A stretch of DNA of 64,000 nucleotides, from NCBI GenBank assembly GCA_004297075.1, contig SCVK01000025.1, positions 11,139 through 75,138 on the forward strand. Reading direction: 5' to 3'. A program made the position numbers and the translations under genes. The DNA comes from Chitinophagaceae bacterium. GTDB lineage: Bacteria; Bacteroidota; Bacteroidia; Chitinophagales; Chitinophagaceae. Shown one piece after another: positions 41,221-50,693 of this stretch; positions within the stretch are counted from its first letter, which is position 1, and the number at the start of each line of letters is the position of its first letter. The notes beneath the pieces are model-generated. The model made no database searches. It saw nothing but the letters and a program-made list of their open reading frames with translations, and was not told the DNA's origin.

Positions 41221-41847
41221 TTATTGGGTAAGCACCAGGATCCGGATCTCCACAGGCTGGCTGTTATCCACCACGGTTTGCAGAACGGATTCTTTGATAT
41301 AAGGCTGGATGGCTTCTGCAAATGGCGTAATAGTGATCCGTTGCGGGGTTGCCAGAATAATGGTCGTGCCCTGCACCAGCATTCTCCGGATCAATGCCAG
41401 CAATGGTGCAAACTGTTCGGGGGCATAATTGATATCACTTAACAATAAGGTATCGGCCCTGATCACTTCCGGAAGATCGTTCCAGTCGAGGCAAACTGCT
41501 TTTACATTTGCCAAACCCAGGTATTGTATATTTTTCTGCAACAAAACCACGGCTTCCGCTGCGTGGTCGCTGATGATCATTCCGGCAGCCTGTTTGGCCA
41601 TCAGCAATGAAGGCAAGCCAATACCCGCTCCCAATTCAAGCACCTGTTTGTCTTTGATCCAATGAGGATGCTGTTGCAGAAAATCAGTCAAAGCCATCGC
41701 AGAGGGCCAGATCTTAGCCCAGAAAGGGAACGGCGTTCCCTGGTCTTTTGTACGCAATTGCTCATATACCCGTTTAACCTGTTCCGGATCGGGTACATAC
41801 AGGGAAAAACCCTTTTGTATTTCGAGTAATATATCGGGATAAGACAT
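41221..41847 (-). CDS. Class I SAM-dependent methyltransferase (lysine-MTase/METTL21-like)
   Basis: FWAKIWPSA, VLELGAGIGLPS, LDWN and SDINY motifs. Confidence 0.82.
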   Translation of the reverse strand: MSYPDILLEIQKGFSLYVPDPEQVKRVYEQLRTKDQGTPFPFWAKIWPSAMALTDFLQQHPHWIKDKQVLELGAGIGLPSLLMAKQAAGMIISDHAAEAVVLLQKNIQYLGLANVKAVCLDWNDLPEVIRADTLLLSDINYAPEQFAPLLALIRRMLVQGTTIILATPQRITITPFAEAIQPYIKESVLQTVVDNSQPVEIRILVLTQ

Positions 41848-41899
41848 GTGAGTGCAAGATAATCTGGAACAAGGGAAAATCAAGGAAACAGAAGAATAT

Positions 41900-42028
41900 C
41901 GAACAGATGAACAGGGAACGGAAGAATGACAGCCGGTCTATACTCATATTCTCGTCTTTTCTTGGTTCTGCTTCCTCGTACATCCGTTCATCTGTTCCTT
42001 GTTCATCTGTTCGTCTGTTCATTTGTTC
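41900..42028. repeat. Inverted repeat built from GAACAGAT-type short units
   Basis: cgaacagatgaacagggaacgga (41900-41922) pairs with tctgttccttgttcatctgttcg (41991-42013); further gttcatct-like units nearby. Confidence 0.6.
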
Positions 42029-42072
42029 AACTATTCGCACAGGGCTCCGATAAAAAATTATTTTATCAAAAT

Positions 42073-42086
42073 ATACCAATTGGTAT
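42073..42086. promoter_or_regulatory. TetR operator
   Basis: Perfect palindrome ataccaattggtat; related site at 42731. Confidence 0.7.
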
Positions 42087-42109
42087 TATTTATCTTATAT
42101 TTGATTCTC

Positions 42110-42715
42110 ATGATGAAAGATTCCCTGTCAAAAGCAGAACGTACCCGCCGGTATATTATCGAAAAAACGGCCCCGGTTTTCAATACCAAGGGGTATGCGG
42201 GTACCTCGTTGGGTGATCTTACACAGGCTACCGGTTTAACCAAAGGCAGTATCTATGGCAATTTCACCAATAAGGATGAAGTGGCACTGGCAGCTTTTGA
42301 TTACAATTTTGAGAAAGTGACAGCTTACCTGAAAACCAGGATCCTTGCAAAAGAAAACGCCATCGACAGGCTGCTTGCCTATCCGATGGTATACCGTGAT
42401 TTTTTAAAGATTCCCTTCCTGCAACCAGGCTGCCCGATCCTGAATACCTCTACCGAGGCGGATGATACGCACCCGGAACTGCGTGCGAAGGCGGCCGAAG
42501 CCCTGGCCTTCTGGAAACGGTCGGTGGAAAACCAGGTGAAAAGAGGCATTGAAAGAAAAGAGATCAAAGCTGATACAAATCCGGCAGGGTTTGCGGTCAT
42601 CTTATGTTCCCTCATCGAAGGCGCCGTGATGCAGGCAAAAGTGACCGGCAAATCAGGCGACCTGCGGATAGCCATGAATTTTCTCGAAAAAATGATCAGG
42701 GATATGGCGTATTGA
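42110..42715 (+). CDS. TetR family regulator (LmrA/YxaF-like)
   Basis: GYAGTSLGDLTQATGLTKGSIYGNF HTH and GCPILN motif. Confidence 0.92.
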   Translation: MMKDSLSKAERTRRYIIEKTAPVFNTKGYAGTSLGDLTQATGLTKGSIYGNFTNKDEVALAAFDYNFEKVTAYLKTRILAKENAIDRLLAYPMVYRDFLKIPFLQPGCPILNTSTEADDTHPELRAKAAEALAFWKRSVENQVKRGIERKEIKADTNPAGFAVILCSLIEGAVMQAKVTGKSGDLRIAMNFLEKMIRDMAY

Positions 42716-42730
42716 TTTTTTTTGCATACT

Positions 42731-42750
42731 AATATACCGATCGGTATATT
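42731..42750. promoter_or_regulatory. TetR operator upstream of the thioesterase operon
   Basis: Perfect 20-bp palindrome aatataccgatcggtatatt. Confidence 0.75.
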
Positions 42751-42774
42751 TTACAAACCGACTAAACACCTTGT

Positions 42775-43260
42775 ATGAATCCACTGAAGAAAACCCTTGC
42801 AAGCAAAATGAAAGTCCGCTTTCATGATTGCGACCCGTTTAACCATCTGAACAATTCGCGGTATATCGATTATATGCTGACGGCCCGTGGCGACCAGTTA
42901 CTCGAAAATTATGATTTCGATATCTACCGGATCGCACGCGAGCAATCGGTGGGTTGGGTATCGGCACAAACGCAGATCAGTTACCTCTCTCCTGCTTTGC
43001 TCGCAGAAGAAATACTGATCCAGACACAACTCATCGCTTATAGCGGCAGCAGTCTGCTGTTTGAAGCCGTAATGTGGAACAGCGGGCAGACAGTTGTCAA
43101 ATCTGTTTTATGGGGACGACTGGTGCATGTTCACCTGCAAACACAAAAAAGTCACCAGCACTCGGAACCATTGCTGCAGTTCTTTGAACAGGTAGTGAAT
43201 CCACTTGCGCCAGCCATGGGTTTTGAGGAAAGAGTAAAAACCCTTCGTAAAACCAGTTAA
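42775..43260 (+). CDS. Hotdog-fold acyl-CoA thioesterase
   Basis: VRFHDCDPFNHLNNSRYIDY (4HBT-like motif). Confidence 0.88.
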   Translation: MNPLKKTLASKMKVRFHDCDPFNHLNNSRYIDYMLTARGDQLLENYDFDIYRIAREQSVGWVSAQTQISYLSPALLAEEILIQTQLIAYSGSSLLFEAVMWNSGQTVVKSVLWGRLVHVHLQTQKSHQHSEPLLQFFEQVVNPLAPAMGFEERVKTLRKTS

Positions 43261-43267
43261 CATCCAT

Positions 43268-43792
43268 ATGCAACAATATTCTGTCAAAACAGCTTTACAG
43301 TTATTGGAACGAACACCCGGCACCCTTTCTTCCTTACTCAATGAATTACCCGATGATTGGGTTATGCGGAACGAAGGGCAGGGCACCTGGAGTCCGTTGG
43401 AGATAATGGGTCATCTGATCTTCTGCGAAAAGAATAATTTTTTTGGGCGGATACGAACCATTCTTTCCGATGACGATCAGAAACGTCTCTCACCATTTGA
43501 TATGAGCAGACAGTTTGAGTGGATCAAAGGCAAAAACATGAGCACCTTATTAACTGAGTTCACAGACCTGCGACAACAGAACCTCGCATCACTCCGTTCC
43601 CATCCGCTTTCTGAAACAGACCTCCACAAAACGGGCTTACATCCGAAAATGGGTACCGTAACCTTACAAAATGTATTATCCACCTGGGTAACCCATGACC
43701 TCTCACATACCACACAGATCTTACGGGTAATGGCTAAGCAGTACAAAGAAGACGTAGGTCCCTTTATTGAATATTTACGGATACTTAACTGA
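43268..43792 (+). CDS. DinB family protein
   Basis: WSPLEIMGHL and WVTHDLSH His triad. Confidence 0.87.
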   Translation: MQQYSVKTALQLLERTPGTLSSLLNELPDDWVMRNEGQGTWSPLEIMGHLIFCEKNNFFGRIRTILSDDDQKRLSPFDMSRQFEWIKGKNMSTLLTEFTDLRQQNLASLRSHPLSETDLHKTGLHPKMGTVTLQNVLSTWVTHDLSHTTQILRVMAKQYKEDVGPFIEYLRILN

Positions 43793-43798
43793 ACCAAT

Positions 43799-44503
43799 AT
43801 GAAAAAAATCGGTCTTGTAGGCGGTATCAGCTGGAGCTCCACCATCGACTATTACCGCATCATCAACGAAGAAACCAACAGGCTGTCCGGCGGTTTGAAT
43901 TATGCGGAGTGTATGATCTATTCCGTCAATTTCCAACGCTTCCATACCTGCAATGCGGCCCATGATTGGGACGGTAGCTTTGCCTTGCTCCTGGATGCGG
44001 CACTGCAGCTTGAAAAAGCCGGCGCAGAGTTGATTTTGCTCTGCGCCAACACAGCACATATAGTGGCAGAACGGATTGCTGAAAAAATGCAAAGTCCCCT
44101 GGTTGATATCAGGCTGGTTACCGCAGCTGCCATTGAGCAAAAGAAATTAAAAAAAGTGGGACTGCTTGGCACCACTTATACCATGGAACTGGATTTCTAC
44201 CGGCGAACACTGCGTGAAAACGGGATCGATTCGATTATTCCGGCCAGCAAAGCTGAACGTGACTTTATCGAGTTTACATTACTGCACGAGCTGGGTAAAG
44301 GCATCCTGTCTGCACAAACCAAAAAAGTCTATCTCAGGATCGCTGAAGCACTGATCGAACAGGGGGCCGAGGGCATCATACTCGGTTGCACCGAAATTCC
44401 GTTGCTTATCGGTCAGGAAGATTTTTCTGTTCCTGTTTTTAATACTACTGAGATCCACGCCAGGGCCGCCGTTGCACAGGCCATGTTGTCCATTACCCAC
44501 TAA
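43799..44503 (+). CDS. Aspartate/glutamate racemase family (YgeA/RacX-like)
   Basis: GGISWSST, LCANTAH and ILGCTEI catalytic Cys pair. Confidence 0.9.
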   Translation: MKKIGLVGGISWSSTIDYYRIINEETNRLSGGLNYAECMIYSVNFQRFHTCNAAHDWDGSFALLLDAALQLEKAGAELILLCANTAHIVAERIAEKMQSPLVDIRLVTAAAIEQKKLKKVGLLGTTYTMELDFYRRTLRENGIDSIIPASKAERDFIEFTLLHELGKGILSAQTKKVYLRIAEALIEQGAEGIILGCTEIPLLIGQEDFSVPVFNTTEIHARAAVAQAMLSITH

Positions 44504-44513
44504 ACATCCCACT

Positions 44514-45983
44514 ATGTCATTCAACAAGTATTTTCGTATTAAACCGATCAGCGCGTACCACAGCGACATCAAATCAAGTGAACTCAACCGCAGCCTTGGC
44601 AAATGGGAACTGACAGCTATTGGTGTGGGTGCCGTTATTGGCGGCGGCATTTTTGTGCTGACCGGTGTAGCTGCCAACCTGTATGCAGGTCCCGCGCTGG
44701 CGCTTTCGTTTATCCTGGCCGGTATTGGTTGTTTATTTGCTGCCTTATGTTACGCTGAATTTGCTTCCATCTTACCGGTATCCGGTTCTGCCTATGCCTA
44801 TTCCTACGGCACTATGGGCGAATTGTTTGCCTGGTTCATTGGTTGGAACCTGATCCTGGAATATATGATGGGAGCCACCACCGTAGCGGTGAGCTGGTCG
44901 AAATATTTCGTAAAACTATTACACCTGGCGGGTGTCAGTAATATCCCGCTATGGTTGGTCAATGATCCTTTTACCGCAAATGAAGAAGCAGCGAAACTGG
45001 GTTTGGCCCCTTTCCCTTTCGCCATTAACCTGCCTGCCGGTTTAATTGTATGGCTGGTAACATGGATCCTGTACCGGGGCATCAAAGAATCGGCTAAAGT
45101 AAATAATACCATCGTTGCCTTAAAAGTGGCAGCTGTGCTGTTTGTGATAGGCGTAGGTGTGTTTTATATTGACCCCTCCAACTGGCACCCCTTCATTCCC
45201 GAAAGGGTTACGGATGCTGCTGGTGGGCATCATTATGGCTGGAGTGGCGTGCTGACGGCCGCCGGTATCGTTTTTTTTGCTTTTATTGGTTTTGACGCCG
45301 TATCCACGCAATCACAGGAAGCCATCAATCCCACCAAACATATTCCCTTCGCCATCATCGCTTCGCTGATCATTTGTACCAGTTTGTATATCCTCGTATC
45401 GATGGTTTTGACAGGCATGGTGAATTACAAGAAGATCGATCTGGGTGCACCGGTAGCATCGGCATTTGATGCTGCGGGATTGAGCTGGGCCTCGCTCCTG
45501 ATCACTATTGCGGCAGTGATCGGTTTGATATCCGTGATGCTGGTCATGTTACTGTCGCAAACACGGATCTTTTTTAATATGGCGAAAGATGGTTTACTCC
45601 CACCCAAACTTTTTGCGGCCATCCATCCTATTCACAAAACACCCTGGAAAAGCACCCTCCTGCTGGGTGCCGTGGCATCTGTGGTAGCAGCAGTAACGCC
45701 GATTGAAAAAGCCACAAAGATGACCAGCATCGGTACCCTGTTTGCTTTTGCCATGATCTGTGGCGCAGTACTGATTCTGCGCAGGAAAGAACCTGGTCTT
45801 TACCGGCCCTACAAAGTAAAAAACATCCAGCTGGTGGCGCCATTGGGCATTGCTTTTAACCTGTTGCTGATGTGCAGTCTCGACACAGCCACCTGGATCC
45901 GATTCGTTGTCTGGAGTTTCATCGGCTTACTGCTGTATTTCATGTACAGTGCCCGCCACAGCAACCTGAATAATAACCAATAA
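44514..45983 (+). CDS. APC-family (CAT-type) amino acid permease
   Basis: GAVIGGGIFVLTG, ALCYAEFAS and FAFIGFDAVST motifs. Confidence 0.92.
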   Translation: MSFNKYFRIKPISAYHSDIKSSELNRSLGKWELTAIGVGAVIGGGIFVLTGVAANLYAGPALALSFILAGIGCLFAALCYAEFASILPVSGSAYAYSYGTMGELFAWFIGWNLILEYMMGATTVAVSWSKYFVKLLHLAGVSNIPLWLVNDPFTANEEAAKLGLAPFPFAINLPAGLIVWLVTWILYRGIKESAKVNNTIVALKVAAVLFVIGVGVFYIDPSNWHPFIPERVTDAAGGHHYGWSGVLTAAGIVFFAFIGFDAVSTQSQEAINPTKHIPFAIIASLIICTSLYILVSMVLTGMVNYKKIDLGAPVASAFDAAGLSWASLLITIAAVIGLISVMLVMLLSQTRIFFNMAKDGLLPPKLFAAIHPIHKTPWKSTLLLGAVASVVAAVTPIEKATKMTSIGTLFAFAMICGAVLILRRKEPGLYRPYKVKNIQLVAPLGIAFNLLLMCSLDTATWIRFVVWSFIGLLLYFMYSARHSNLNNNQ

Positions 45984-45993
45984 ACCCATTGTC

Positions 45994-46497
45994 ATGATCA
46001 CACCTGCCAACTTTAACGATCTACCCATTATATACAAACTGTTTGAAGAAGCCATCGATTACCAGCAAAAGAACAACTTTACAGGATGGAAGAATTATGA
46101 CAAAGCATTCCTGCAGCGGGATGTTGAAAGCGGACAGTTATACAAGATCATTAATAACGAACAGATCTGCGGCATCTTCAGCGTCTGTTACACAGATCCA
46201 TTTATCTGGCGCGAAAAGGAAAAAGGCGATGCCATATACCTTCACCGAATTGTTGCCAACCGCCATGTTAACGAAGGCCCCGTATTCGGCCTGGTATTGA
46301 ACTGGGCAAAAAATATGGCCAACGAAAAACGAATGCGTTTTATCCGGATGGATACCTGGGCTGAAAACAATAAGATCATCGGTTATTACAGAAGTTATGG
46401 CTTTTCCGTAGTAGAAACCTATACAACACCGGATACACCCGATCTTCCGTTGCAACATAGGAATCTGAATATTGTTTTGTTGGAACTGGTTATATGA
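45994..46497 (+). CDS. GNAT acetyltransferase
   Basis: IYLHRI and FIRMDTWAENNKIIGYYRSYGF (GNAT motif B). Confidence 0.8.
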   Translation: MITPANFNDLPIIYKLFEEAIDYQQKNNFTGWKNYDKAFLQRDVESGQLYKIINNEQICGIFSVCYTDPFIWREKEKGDAIYLHRIVANRHVNEGPVFGLVLNWAKNMANEKRMRFIRMDTWAENNKIIGYYRSYGFSVVETYTTPDTPDLPLQHRNLNIVLLELVI

Positions 46498-46732
46498 GTA
46501 AAATATAATTACTGAGACGATCCAACTGCATGGTATTTTACTGACGTATTACCTGTATGATACATCCTATCCCATTCAGCTGCTGCAACGGAATCTTTTC
46601 TTCTGCCATGACGGTGAATCAGAAAGCCAATCTGACTTTATTTTCACCAAAATGGTGCAACAAATTTCCTGAAATTGTGACTTTCTAATAGCAGCATTCT
46701 CAGCCTAACTAAACAATGCGCTCACATGTGGT

Positions 46733-49096
46733 ATGATTGTAAAACTTACCAACACCCTAAAAAACAGCATTATTCTGTTCTTTCTTTCAATGGGTCTGCT
46801 TTCCAACGCACAATTTAAAGTGTCTGGATATATTATCGATTCAACAGGCTCCCGCGTTTCTTTTGCCGCTATAAATTTATCGGCCGACAGCAGTAAGATA
46901 ATTCGGATATCTGTTTCGGACAGCCTCGGCTCATTTGCCTTTGCAGGCTTGCCGAAAGGGAATTATACACTTACCGCCAATTTAATTGGTGCCCAACTTT
47001 TTTCGGGCCGGTTTCATCTGGCAAATGATACAATGCTTGTGGTAAAAGTTAAATTTACATCTTCCATCTTACAGGATGTTATTGTTACGGCCTCGAAACC
47101 TCTGCTCGAAAGAAAAATTGATCGTACGGTTTTCAATATAGGAAACTCCCTTGCGGCGAGAGGAACTGATCTCGCAACAGCGATTGGGCTTGCCCCCATG
47201 CTCAAGGTTTCCGAAAACGGGATCTCTATCATCGGCAAGAGCAGTGTTGCCGTAATGATTAATGAACGCATAGTACACTTAGGAGGATCGGATCTTATTA
47301 ACTACCTGAAATCTTTAAGATCGGATGACGTAGCAAAAATTGAAATCATTACTACCCCGCCCGCAAAATATGAGGCGCAAGGCAACAGCGGCCTGATCAA
47401 CATCGTACTCAAGAGAGATCTTTCACAGGGTATAGGAGGTAGCATCAGTACTTCATATGCACAACGGATGTACCCTGGCTTCGGCAACAACGCCAGCCTC
47501 AATTTCCAGTCGGCCAAAATAAGCGCATCGATAAAACTTCGCCATTACAACCGCAAGGGTTTTATACAAGAGCAAAATGACATAGTAGGCCTTAACTACG
47601 CAATCTTTAGCCATGATCCGCGGCTCACATTGGCCACAGGAATCGGTGCAAATACGAGTTTTGAATACAAAATCACGAATACAGGCGCAATCGGCTTTGT
47701 TTATGATGAAGGCAGCACCAATTATGAGCTCAATCTGGAAAATACCACCACATACCAGAGAAATAATGCAACGGATTCTATTTTACAAACATTGTCGCAT
47801 AGCAAAAATCCGACTGAAACACGCACCATCACATTATATTACGACCAGAAATTGGGCAGTTCTGGCAAGAAACTAACTACCGACTTAAACTATTTTTCTA
47901 ATGCGCCCATTACAAATATCGATTTTACAACACTGTCGGATCATTCATCGAATATTCAAGCAGTCAGAACGTTCAGCGGCATTCGTTACCAGATCTGGTC
48001 TGCTCAGTCCGATCTTATACTTCCGTATAAATGGGCAACAGTAGAAACGGGCACCAAATTCACCAACTTCGATAACAACTCCGATGTACGCTACAGCGAT
48101 TTGGTTGCGCAGCAATACGTGATCGACCATTCAAAAAGCAATCATTTCGATTACAATGAAAAGAATATTGCAGGTTATGTCAGTATGCAGAAAGTGATCA
48201 ACAAAAAGTGGACAGGGAAAGCGGGGCTTCGTTATGAGTACTCGATTATTGAAGGTTATTCCCCCACCACCAGTTCCCGCAATCGCTCCGAATACGGCAA
48301 ACTGTTTCCCACTGCATACCTCACTTACAAACCAGGCTCTACCCATACTGTATCCTTAAGTTATTCGAAACGAATCAACCGGCCCAATTTCCGGGCCATT
48401 AATCCGTTCCGTTATTACACTAATCCATATACTTATTCAACAGGTAACCCCTTGTTACAGCCATCGTTAACGCACAACATTGAACTCACCTGGTTATACA
48501 AAAGCTATCTTTCTGTTACATTCTATACGCAGCACCTTGATAATGGATTTGGGTACATCACACAAGTAATCGGCACCTATAAAGTGGTGGATGCTAAAAA
48601 TTTTCTGACCCAAAACAGCACTGGCCTGACCGCTACCTCAAGTATCAGATTTTTCAAGTGGTGGGAAAGCAGCAGCCATGTAACGTACAGCATGTCTGCT
48701 TCAAGTTCTACAGTAGCGGATTTTATCACAGAAAAAGGCTCACTGTTTAATCTGGGCACAAACCATACCTTCCGCATCAGCAACAAATTAACAGTTTTTA
48801 TCAATTATTCTAAAACACTTCCTGGCACACAAGGTAATACCTACCGCGCTGCCCAGTTCGATTTTTCATCCGGTGCAAGGATGCTGGCCCTCAACAACAA
48901 ACTGCAATTCACCGCATCAGCAGCATTGGGTGCGGTTGACCGATCCCGCTCATACTTCAAGGGTTATACGCAGTATGTCTACACCGATTACAATTACCGC
49001 ACCGCCAACTTCAGCCTCACTTATATTTTTGGCAGATCCAAAGTAAAAGGCAATACCAAAAAAGTTGACTTTAAGGAAACGCAGCGAACAAATTAA
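46733..49096 (+). CDS. Outer-membrane beta-barrel, TonB-dependent-receptor-like
   Basis: Signal peptide, ERKIDRTVFN, IEIITTPPAKYEAQG, RINRPNF, GNPLLQP. Confidence 0.85.
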   Translation: MIVKLTNTLKNSIILFFLSMGLLSNAQFKVSGYIIDSTGSRVSFAAINLSADSSKIIRISVSDSLGSFAFAGLPKGNYTLTANLIGAQLFSGRFHLANDTMLVVKVKFTSSILQDVIVTASKPLLERKIDRTVFNIGNSLAARGTDLATAIGLAPMLKVSENGISIIGKSSVAVMINERIVHLGGSDLINYLKSLRSDDVAKIEIITTPPAKYEAQGNSGLINIVLKRDLSQGIGGSISTSYAQRMYPGFGNNASLNFQSAKISASIKLRHYNRKGFIQEQNDIVGLNYAIFSHDPRLTLATGIGANTSFEYKITNTGAIGFVYDEGSTNYELNLENTTTYQRNNATDSILQTLSHSKNPTETRTITLYYDQKLGSSGKKLTTDLNYFSNAPITNIDFTTLSDHSSNIQAVRTFSGIRYQIWSAQSDLILPYKWATVETGTKFTNFDNNSDVRYSDLVAQQYVIDHSKSNHFDYNEKNIAGYVSMQKVINKKWTGKAGLRYEYSIIEGYSPTTSSRNRSEYGKLFPTAYLTYKPGSTHTVSLSYSKRINRPNFRAINPFRYYTNPYTYSTGNPLLQPSLTHNIELTWLYKSYLSVTFYTQHLDNGFGYITQVIGTYKVVDAKNFLTQNSTGLTATSSIRFFKWWESSSHVTYSMSASSSTVADFITEKGSLFNLGTNHTFRISNKLTVFINYSKTLPGTQGNTYRAAQFDFSSGARMLALNNKLQFTASAALGAVDRSRSYFKGYTQYVYTDYNYRTANFSLTYIFGRSKVKGNTKKVDFKETQRTN

Positions 49097-49474
49097 AATC
49101 TGTATTTTTAAACTAAACCCACCCTCTTTCCGCTATCAGTCGTCTGACCAACAACACTTGTGTGAAACAAAAGCAGGTTGTTTTGTTGTAACTATCTAAA
49201 TATGAGCATCCTGAAAATCAGACAGTTAACACTACTATATAGCCTTACCTGATTCAGCTAAAACTACAAAACCAGCTAAGGTTTAAAAAGGAGTAACACC
49301 CTCACTACAGCAAATACTTCTTATATACAAGTACCCTTATATGGCAATGTATTCCAAACCATGCAATTGCAGAAACAAAAACATCTGCGGCCAAAAGTAG
49401 AAAGCCTGCCGAATAAAATATTCAACAGGCCCAATACTTACTTTCAAACAATTTAAATGATTCTTACAGATTCA

Positions 49475-49744
49475 CTATTCTGCAGTAGTGGGATCAATAA
49501 TTGCGCTGATTTTGTTAATGGCATTTGCAGGGAAACCTCCTAATTTGGCATGTTCCCTTACCAATTCTTCATTAGGAGCAATATAAACACAATAGAGTTT
49601 ATCAGCAGTTACGAAGCTGTTCAGCCATTGAACTGAGTTCAACCTATTTAAAACAGCACAGGAAGTTTGTGAAGCTTTTTTAAGCTCTTCAGGAGTCAGT
49701 TTTCCTAATCCCGGCATCTCTCTTTCGATTAAAAATTTTGGCAT
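49475..49744 (-). CDS. DUF4242 domain protein, cytoplasmic single domain
   Basis: MPKFLIER start and DKLYCVYIAPNEELVREHAKLGGFP motif. Confidence 0.85.
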   Translation of the reverse strand: MPKFLIEREMPGLGKLTPEELKKASQTSCAVLNRLNSVQWLNSFVTADKLYCVYIAPNEELVREHAKLGGFPANAINKISAIIDPTTAE

Positions 49745-49983
49745 ATACTATTTATCCTACTCATTTGGCTTTTCGGTTACGCCCCGTTTTTACAATGGTT
49801 ACTGGTCTCCATTTATTTTTTCGCTGAAATTTCAGCAGTTATTATGCTGTTTTCTCCTTTGAAACCCTGATAAGTTAGAAAACAAAAAATTGAGCTGTAT
49901 ATTGGCAGACTGATCGGCTAACCTTGAATGCACAACTTTTTGTCTTCGATCTAACAGCTTATAGCTGATTCTCAAGATAGCTA

Positions 49984-50583
49984 CTATTGACCCTGTTTTA
50001 CTGTTTGCACAGCATTAGGCAATAAACCGTGGGCTTCTTTATGTGTTTTGATCAATGCAGCACTATCAGCAGCTTGTGCAAGACAAAAGATTACACCTTT
50101 TTTCTCATCAAGCCAGTAGTTAATCAGGTTAACGCCATACTTACGCTGAACACTCAGATCTTTTTCATGCGCCCCGGCCACTGCCTGCTCAGTAACTTGA
50201 CCAGGACCTACATAATGAAAATCCATAAAATATTGTTTACCAGGCACTTCCGGATCAACCATACTGCTTTTTACTTCATACACATCCTTTGGTAATAATC
50301 CATGCGCATGTTTATGCGCCGTAGTAAGATCACTTGCCTTACCTGCGGATGCAAGACAGTATATCAATCCTTTTTTTTCATCTACCCAGAATTTCATAAA
50401 ATCTACACCGTATTCAGGCCCTGTCTTAAGATCTTTCTGATGAGCCTCCATTACGGCGTCAAAAGTTACTTTTCCTGGCTCCATTTGATGTACATCCATA
50501 AAAAACCTCTTAGATGCACTTTTTTGTGCGAATGCCCCTGACATTGCTACAAGGAAAACTGTTGTCCAAATACTTCTTTTCAT
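49984..50583 (-). CDS. Exported tandem DUF4242 (SCO4226 nickel-binding-like) protein
   Basis: Signal peptide ending AFA, then two repeats of MDxH...AHxKD...YGV...W(V/L)DEKKG.I.CLA...HxxAHGLLP. Confidence 0.83.
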   Translation of the reverse strand: MKRSIWTTVFLVAMSGAFAQKSASKRFFMDVHQMEPGKVTFDAVMEAHQKDLKTGPEYGVDFMKFWVDEKKGLIYCLASAGKASDLTTAHKHAHGLLPKDVYEVKSSMVDPEVPGKQYFMDFHYVGPGQVTEQAVAGAHEKDLSVQRKYGVNLINYWLDEKKGVIFCLAQAADSAALIKTHKEAHGLLPNAVQTVKQGQ

Positions 50584-50616
50584 TGCGTTAATTTAATTAT
50601 GGAATATTTTACGGTG

Positions 50617-50663
50617 CAAAGCAACCATAGTTACATCTAAATAGTATAGGTAATATTCCCTAT
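50617..50663 (-). promoter_or_regulatory. Putative LuxR-type operator and promoter of the DUF4242 genes
   Basis: ataggtaatattccctat (50646-50663), 21 bp from ttgctttg (minus strand, 50624-50617). Confidence 0.6.
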
Positions 50664-50693
50664 ATTTCAAAGCCAGTACCCCATATTTCATAT

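Noticed and set aside
49745-49870. Glycine, c-di-GMP or SAM-II riboswitch
   Set aside because: GGAGA and AAAGCC words are present, but the other conserved cores and stems of those classes cannot be found. Kept only as an unknown candidate.
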